64,000 nucleotides of DNA from an uncultured Brachyspira sp. (GTDB lineage Bacteria > Spirochaetota > JAAYUW01). The notes under the pieces were generated by a model. It did not search any database, was not told the origin of the DNA, and saw nothing but the letters and a program-made list of their open reading frames with translations. Location: positions 254,185-318,184 of the forward strand of contig CAZOPR010000002.1 of assembly GCA_964581895.1 (NCBI GenBank), given 5' to 3'. Position numbers and translations under genes: made by a program. This document shows positions 57,956 to 64,000 of the stretch, piece by piece (position 1 is the stretch's first letter; each line of letters starts with the position of its first letter).

Positions 57956-60860
57956 AATTAATAAAAGATTCTATAAGCATTTGTAAAAGTTTTCTATAAG
58001 TATAAGGCTTACCTATTATAGTTTTATTTTTTGAAATAATAGCGTTATCTTCATCAAAGATGATGTGAGGAATTGCTTCGAATTTATCACTTGACTTTTG
58101 AAAGTTATTTTTATCTATAATCAAAAATGAGATTTCCTTTTCAAAATCTAATGATTTCGGGAAATTAAAATCTAAAAGATTTAAACTCAATCTTTTATTT
58201 TTGTCAAAGTCAAATATATTAAATTTAATTTTAATATAATTAAGGAAGGAAACTATTTTTTCTTTTAATAATTTATCCTCTAAATAAATCGAGATATTCA
58301 TTTTTTCCTTATCTTTAAGATTATTAAGTTTCATAAATTTATCAAGGTATTTTAATATTTCCTTATCTATCTGGCTTGGCAAATTATCTTTGTTTAATAA
58401 AGAACTATTTTTATATGGGATTTCAAAATTGAAAATTGTCCCAAAACCTTTACTACTTTTAACTGTTATTCTTCCTTCAAGAAGTTCCACAAGGTTTTTT
58501 GCTATAGAAAGTCCAAGACCAGTTCCTCCATATTTTTGGTAAATCTCTTTATTTGCTTGCTTAAAAGGTTTAAAAATATTAGGGATATCATTTTCAGAAA
58601 TCCCAATTCCACTATCTTCAACTTGAAATATCAATTGTTTTTCATTTTTATCATTTGAATAATACTTAGAAATAAATAGTTTTATAAAACCTTTTGAAGT
58701 AAATTTCAAAGAATTACTTATTAGATTCATAGTAATTTGCTTTATCTTTATCTCATCAGAAACAAAAATATCTTCCACATTAGAATCTACAATCGAAGAA
58801 AAATTTAATCCTTTTTCTTTAGCTAATAGATAATAATATTCTTCGATTTCATCTGCAAAATTTCTTATTGAAAAAGGTTTTAATATTAATTCTATGCTAT
58901 TTGATTCAATTCTATAAAAATCAAGGATGTGATTTACTAACTCCAGGGTCTGTTCTGAGTTTTTCTTAAGAGTTAATGCGATTGACTCCAAAGGTTTGTC
59001 TTTTAATTTTTCAGTCAATAATGAAGATATCCCAGTAGAAGCAGTTAACATATTTTTTAGCTCATGACCTAAAAATGCAAGAAAGTTTGATTTATCTTCA
59101 TTTGCTTCGGTTGCTGATTTTTCGGCTTTTTCAATTTCTTTTATATTTTTCAAAAGTTGATTTTCAAGATTCTTTTGACTTGAAATATCTAAAACTATAA
59201 CTATTAATTTATTTTCAAACTTTTTACCATAGAAAGATAAAACTTTGCTTTCACCGCTTTTATATTTCAATTGGATTATATTTTTAGCAAAATTATTTTT
59301 CTTAAGCCTTAGATAAAATCTTTTCATTTTTCTTTGAGAATTTTTATCAAAATAGGATAGGAATAAATCTCTTGTCATTTTTTTATTAATTGGGATATCG
59401 ATCAAGTTTTTAATATATTTTGAAAAAGTAACTTGACCGCTAAAAAGATCTTCTGTCCAGAAAGATAGATCTATTGTTTGTTGGATTAATTCAAGATTAT
59501 TTGAATATTCCTTTATCTTTGATTCCTCATTGATTTTATCAATCAAATCATATAAAAAGTAAGAAAAGATGGAAAGTGTTTTCTTCTGGTTTTTAGATAA
59601 ACCAAAGTATTTTACATAATCCAGAACATCTTGATTGAAATAATCAAATATATCTTCCTTTTCATTTATTAAAAGAAGAACTGCCTTAGTCTCTTTCTTA
59701 TGGATTACAGGGAAAATTATTATTTCATAATTGGAATCAATAGAAGAAATATCATTAAAAAATATATCTATTATTTTTTCATCTTTTTTATTTATTGTTA
59801 AATATTTTTCTTTGATAAATTTTTCTTTTATTTCGTAATCTATATCTTTTAATTTTATTTTATCTTTGAAGATCTTATTTCTTTTTATAGTTGAATAATA
59901 TGAAATTAAGATAATTTTATTTTTGTTTTCAAAATCCTTGAAATAAAAGGCTATTGAAATCAGATTTAGGTTTTCACAGATTGATTTTAATGAACTTTTT
60001 AAGGTTTTTTCAATGGAAAATGTCTCTAAAAGATTGTACATCGATTCTTCAATAGATTTTGAAAGATAGAGGTTGGATTTTTGTTCTAAAATTTTTAGAT
60101 GATTGGAAGTTATATCTTTTGAAATTCCAATTATACCAATAGTTTTACCGGAATCAGATAGAATCGGACTTTTTATTGTATTAAAGCATAATATATCATC
60201 TTTAAAATTATTTTTTGGATTTTTAAATTTTTTCCAATGTACCTCTGATATTGTTAGATTCTGAGCAAGAACATATTGATCACTTTTAATGTAATCTTTT
60301 GCCTCCTTTGGTTCAAATATGTCAAAATCTGTTTTATTGACTATATCTTCTTTTGAAATACCGAATAGATTTTCAAAATGCTTATTTATTATTATGTACT
60401 TTTTATTTTGATCTTTTATAAAAATAGGGTCAGTTATTAAGTTCAATAATGAGTAAAAATAATTGGTATGAATATCAAAAATATCTATCAGTTCATTGAT
60501 TTCCCCATAACTTCTTAAAAAAACCAGGATATAATCAATATTATTTTCTTTATCATTAATATAATGCATTTCTATTTGAAATTCCTTAGTATAATTTGAT
60601 TTTGAATATAACAATTTGGTTTTTACTTTGCTTGTATAATATTTTACTTCTTTAAGAGTTTTAATCGCTTTTTTGATCTCTTCTTCTTTTTCAAAGATAT
60701 TAAAAAAGTATTCTAGATTATTTAAATTTTTTGCAAAAGTATTTTTTGCAGTACTATTCATTAAAAATATCTGCCCTTCTAATGAAAGAATAATTATACC
60801 ATATGGAGCTTTATTAAAAAAGGGGGTATTAGAAATCTTAAAATAAAGATTTTTATCCAT
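57954..60860 (-). CDS. Multi-domain sensor histidine kinase (PAS-like regions, HisKA, HATPase_c, C-terminal receiver-like tail)
   Basis: H-box LAFLGHELKNMLTA, G-box GGTGLGLSIAKNL; no obvious TM segments. Confidence 0.8.
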   Translation of the reverse strand: MDKNLYFKISNTPFFNKAPYGIIILSLEGQIFLMNSTAKNTFAKNLNNLEYFFNIFEKEEEIKKAIKTLKEVKYYTSKVKTKLLYSKSNYTKEFQIEMHYINDKENNIDYILVFLRSYGEINELIDIFDIHTNYFYSLLNLITDPIFIKDQNKKYIIINKHFENLFGISKEDIVNKTDFDIFEPKEAKDYIKSDQYVLAQNLTISEVHWKKFKNPKNNFKDDILCFNTIKSPILSDSGKTIGIIGISKDITSNHLKILEQKSNLYLSKSIEESMYNLLETFSIEKTLKSSLKSICENLNLISIAFYFKDFENKNKIILISYYSTIKRNKIFKDKIKLKDIDYEIKEKFIKEKYLTINKKDEKIIDIFFNDISSIDSNYEIIIFPVIHKKETKAVLLLINEKEDIFDYFNQDVLDYVKYFGLSKNQKKTLSIFSYFLYDLIDKINEESKIKEYSNNLELIQQTIDLSFWTEDLFSGQVTFSKYIKNLIDIPINKKMTRDLFLSYFDKNSQRKMKRFYLRLKKNNFAKNIIQLKYKSGESKVLSFYGKKFENKLIVIVLDISSQKNLENQLLKNIKEIEKAEKSATEANEDKSNFLAFLGHELKNMLTASTGISSLLTEKLKDKPLESIALTLKKNSEQTLELVNHILDFYRIESNSIELILKPFSIRNFADEIEEYYYLLAKEKGLNFSSIVDSNVEDIFVSDEIKIKQITMNLISNSLKFTSKGFIKLFISKYYSNDKNEKQLIFQVEDSGIGISENDIPNIFKPFKQANKEIYQKYGGTGLGLSIAKNLVELLEGRITVKSSKGFGTIFNFEIPYKNSSLLNKDNLPSQIDKEILKYLDKFMKLNNLKDKEKMNISIYLEDKLLKEKIVSFLNYIKIKFNIFDFDKNKRLSLNLLDFNFPKSLDFEKEISFLIIDKNNFQKSSDKFEAIPHIIFDEDNAIISKNKTIIGKPYTYRKLLQMLIESFIN

Positions 60861-61022
60861 AAACTTTTATGCTCTTGTTTAATAATATTATAATGCATAA
60901 ATTTAAATATGAAAAGTCAGATTTTTAATTTTATTTTTTTGTGCTATAATAAATTCAAGACATAAATTTAAAGTATATTTTATTTAATTAAAATTAAATT
61001 TATCGAAAAATAAGAGGTTTTT

Positions 61023-63188
61023 GTGCAAAAGATACAAAGTCTAACTGAGTTAGATGGAGTTATAACATCATTACCAAGAGGTGGTTATTTAGTTAACACT
61101 TCTGTTGGATATATACAATTTGGTTCGCCTCCTGAGACATTAAAAGATACAATATTTTTACCTTTAGGTGTCCCAAAAATATTTATTTTACCTATGGAGC
61201 ATTTTGATCCAAAACAAGGAATGAGTGTTGCAGAGATAGAATTCCCAATATATTATAACTTTTTCTTAAAAAAATCTAAAACAAAGATTTATGTAAGCAG
61301 TGACCATATTAAAAACATGGAAATTGTTTTGAATGAAGCTGTTTTTGGACCGAAAGATGTAGATGTAAAAGATGAAGTAGTGATGACTGAAAATGCTTAT
61401 GTTCCAGACTTAAAATCCGAGATGGAATTTTTTAGAAACAATAGATCACTTGAAGACATGGTTGAACTTTTACCTTTGGAACAGACAATAGAGATCCAAA
61501 ATGTTGCTATAAAAAGAATTGATGATGGCTCATTTGAAGTATTTGATAATGGCAAACATCTTGTAAATGTTCCAGCTAAAATAAAATTTTCTGCAATTTA
61601 CGATTTAGGTGCGGTATTAAAAGAGCCATTTCATCCCCCTATTTTCGGTATAACCTGTCTTGGCCCTTCTCATGGCTTCGACCCTTACCAAAACACATCT
61701 GGATTTATTATATGGATAAATAAAGGTGGTATAATGGTAGATCCGCCAGCAAATTCTACTTTATGGCTTAAAGACTCAAATGTAAATCCAAAACTTATAG
61801 ATTCGGTTATATTGACTCATTGCCATGCTGACCATGATTCTGGTACATTTCAAAAGATATTGGAAGAAACAAGGATTACCATATATACAACACCTACTAT
61901 CATGGCAAGTTTTATTAGAAAATACTCTGCTCTTACCAGAATTTCTCCAAATAAGCTTAAAGAGATGTTTAATTTTTTCCCAGTTAAGATGAATCAGCAA
62001 TATAACATTAATGGGGCAATATTCTCTTTTTTCTATACACTTCATTCAATTCCAACAATAGGATTTCAATTTAATTATCGAAATAAAACTTTCATTTATT
62101 CTTCAGATCACTTAAATGAACCTAATATAATAAAAGGATTATATGAAAAAGGTATAATCAATGAAAAAAGATATAAAACTCTTGTAAATTTTCCTTGGGA
62201 TAAAGATATAATATATCATGAAGCTGGAATACCACCTTTACATACACCGATAAGTTATCTAAATTCTCTTCCGGTTGAGATTCAAAAGAAAATAACAGTG
62301 TATCATATTGCTGAGAAAGATTTTCCAAAAGAGACTCATTTAAAATTGGCAAAGTTTGGGATAGGAGAAACTTTTTATCCAGATATTGAAAAGCATAAGT
62401 TTGAAGAAGCATATCAGATACTTGATGTATTTAGCAGGATAGATATTTTTAAAGATTTACCATTTGAGAGGGTTAAAGATTTATTATTAATCGTTAAAAA
62501 GGTAAATTTCAAAAAAGGGGATTGTATAATCAAAAAAAATAGTGACCCAGACTATTTTTATGTTATAGTGTCAGGCAATGTCTCAATTTCTGGATTAAAG
62601 GATAACAATATCAAGGATAAGATCTATACTACATTTGAATATTTTGGAGAAGCTGCAATATTGAATAATGAAAAAAGAAAAGCAGATGTTGTCGCTCTAA
62701 ATTCAGTTGAAGCCTATGCTATAGATAAAACTTCCTTTTTAAAACTTATCCAGGACACACCAATTGAAATAAAAATGCGACAAGTTGCCAAAGTTAGAGA
62801 TGAACTATCCTGGAAAGTCATAAAAGCGAATGAGTTTTTCAAAGATCTTTCCTCTTCTCAGATAACTCAGATTGAAGGGATGAGCAAGATAAAAGAGATA
62901 AAAAAAGGGCAAATTATTTTTTCAAAAAAAGAATATCAAAAAAGCATATATTTACTTATTGAAGGAGTTGTGAAAACCGAAGATGGTAGGATAATAGAAA
63001 ATATGGGAGATTTCATAGGTGCAATATGCAACTTATATGAAGATAAACCAATAGATACAGATTATATAGCTAAAACAAAGTTAAAAGTCTATGAAATTGC
63101 AGCTGAAAAAATCAAAGGATTTTTAATAGAAAATCCAGGCATAACAATGAATATACTTTTTTCCAAATCAGATAAATGTAACACTTAA
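61023..63188 (+). CDS. Metallo-beta-lactamase-fold hydrolase fused to two cNMP-binding domains (candidate cyclic-nucleotide phosphodiesterase)
   Basis: HxHxDH motif ILTHCHADHDSG; two CAP-family cNMP-binding segments (FGEAAILNNEKRKADVVA and a second degenerate copy); GTG start. Confidence 0.65.
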   Translation: MQKIQSLTELDGVITSLPRGGYLVNTSVGYIQFGSPPETLKDTIFLPLGVPKIFILPMEHFDPKQGMSVAEIEFPIYYNFFLKKSKTKIYVSSDHIKNMEIVLNEAVFGPKDVDVKDEVVMTENAYVPDLKSEMEFFRNNRSLEDMVELLPLEQTIEIQNVAIKRIDDGSFEVFDNGKHLVNVPAKIKFSAIYDLGAVLKEPFHPPIFGITCLGPSHGFDPYQNTSGFIIWINKGGIMVDPPANSTLWLKDSNVNPKLIDSVILTHCHADHDSGTFQKILEETRITIYTTPTIMASFIRKYSALTRISPNKLKEMFNFFPVKMNQQYNINGAIFSFFYTLHSIPTIGFQFNYRNKTFIYSSDHLNEPNIIKGLYEKGIINEKRYKTLVNFPWDKDIIYHEAGIPPLHTPISYLNSLPVEIQKKITVYHIAEKDFPKETHLKLAKFGIGETFYPDIEKHKFEEAYQILDVFSRIDIFKDLPFERVKDLLLIVKKVNFKKGDCIIKKNSDPDYFYVIVSGNVSISGLKDNNIKDKIYTTFEYFGEAAILNNEKRKADVVALNSVEAYAIDKTSFLKLIQDTPIEIKMRQVAKVRDELSWKVIKANEFFKDLSSSQITQIEGMSKIKEIKKGQIIFSKKEYQKSIYLLIEGVVKTEDGRIIENMGDFIGAICNLYEDKPIDTDYIAKTKLKVYEIAAEKIKGFLIENPGITMNILFSKSDKCNT

Positions 63189-64000
63189 ATAATTTGTCCA
63201 AACATTGCATCTATATTTACTTTACTTATCTTATTTCCCAGATCCTTTTCTATCAATAAGAATTTTTTAATTATTAAAAGTAAAATCATCCATTTATAAG
63301 TCGAAGCTCTTTTATTTTCATAAAAAACTCTATATAGTTTATTGTCATAATAAAATTCAAGAACTTCTTTATTTTGAACATTTATCCCTTCCATTTTAGA
63401 TATAGAAAATGAGTAAAGAAGTTTGTTTTCTTGCTTTGAATATATTTCAAAATATTCTTTTTTAAGTTTAATATAACCTTCCCCTAAGAATTTTGTTTTA
63501 TCATATCTATAACCTATATGTGCTTGTGCAATTTCAGGGTCTTGTAAAACTAGATGATCCTTTTCAATTTTTTTTGAAAATAAATCTTTAATAAGTTCAA
63601 ATGAATATTTAATCTGCCATCTATTCCACTTTGATACATTATTAAAATTGTTATCTATGTTTTCACCTTCAAACTGACCATATTCATTGTATTTTAAGTT
63701 TAAATTGCACTCTTGACATTTAACATAGTCGCCTTCGCTATAAATAGATAAAAGGCTTTTACAATTTGGGCAAATATACAATATCTGCTCTAAAAATTGA
63801 GCTAAATTTTCACCAACATACTTGTACTTAAATTTCTCTTCAAATTCATCATCTGAGTGTTTTAGCCATTTCGTAATTGCTTCATTTATCTGTTCAGAAG
63901 TCAAAGATAAGACTTCTTCCTTTTGTAATATTGTAGAAAACTCTATAGCTACTTTACCTTTTCTTTTCTTTTCAGCCCATCTTGGAAGAGAGAGATATGC
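63185..64000 (-). CDS. Zinc-ribbon protein, 5' partial (frame open to window end; listed start 63904 is TTG)
   Basis: CPNCKS...CQEC zinc-ribbon; no stop codon in frame from 63905 to 64000. Confidence 0.4.
   Translation of the reverse strand, partial: AYLSLPRWAEKKRKGKVAIEFSTILQKEEVLSLTSEQINEAITKWLKHSDDEFEEKFKYKYVGENLAQFLEQILYICPNCKSLLSIYSEGDYVKCQECNLNLKYNEYGQFEGENIDNNFNNVSKWNRWQIKYSFELIKDLFSKKIEKDHLVLQDPEIAQAHIGYRYDKTKFLGEGYIKLKKEYFEIYSKQENKLLYSFSISKMEGINVQNKEVLEFYYDNKLYRVFYENKRASTYKWMILLLIIKKFLLIEKDLGNKISKVNIDAMFGQII

Overview
AT-rich bacterial chromosomal segment (GC well under a third by eye), densely coding on both strands. The standard genetic code fits: TGA terminates several clean ORFs and TGG Trp codons are common. 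Envelope content looks diderm: a TolC-like outer membrane factor, a porin-like gene, and several small signal-peptide proteins ending in Phe. Recognisable housekeeping genes are folD, coaX, murB, tmk, uvrB, cmk, an RsuA/RluB-family pseudouridine synthase, scpA, scpB, a tRNA-dihydrouridine synthase, a TatD-family hydrolase, a RimI-like GNAT and one tRNA-Pro(CGG). Signalling proteins are over-represented: a 5'-truncated class III nucleotidyl cyclase, a PilZ-like protein, a REC-histidine kinase hybrid, a large PAS histidine kinase, a receiver-like protein with Glu at the phospho-acceptor position, and a metallo-beta-lactamase-fold protein fused to two cNMP-binding domains. Accessory content includes an MNT-HEPN pair bracketed by a 55-bp direct repeat, an AbiEii-like nucleotidyltransferase pair, and a four-gene MacAB-TolC-type efflux operon. 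The strongest candidate for an undescribed system is a minus-strand polysaccharide-synthase module at 40334-45098 (outer-membrane beta-barrel-like gene, receiver-like regulator, small membrane ORF, HEAT-repeat-GT2 synthase), which carries two apparent lesions: an in-frame TGA and a frame break in an A7-G-A7 tract. Intergenic spacers repeatedly carry A/G-only tracts on the coding strand and short tandem repeats sit in several promoter regions. No rRNA, CRISPR array, transposase or integrase was recognised. All calls are by eye from the translations and sequence; no database search was run.
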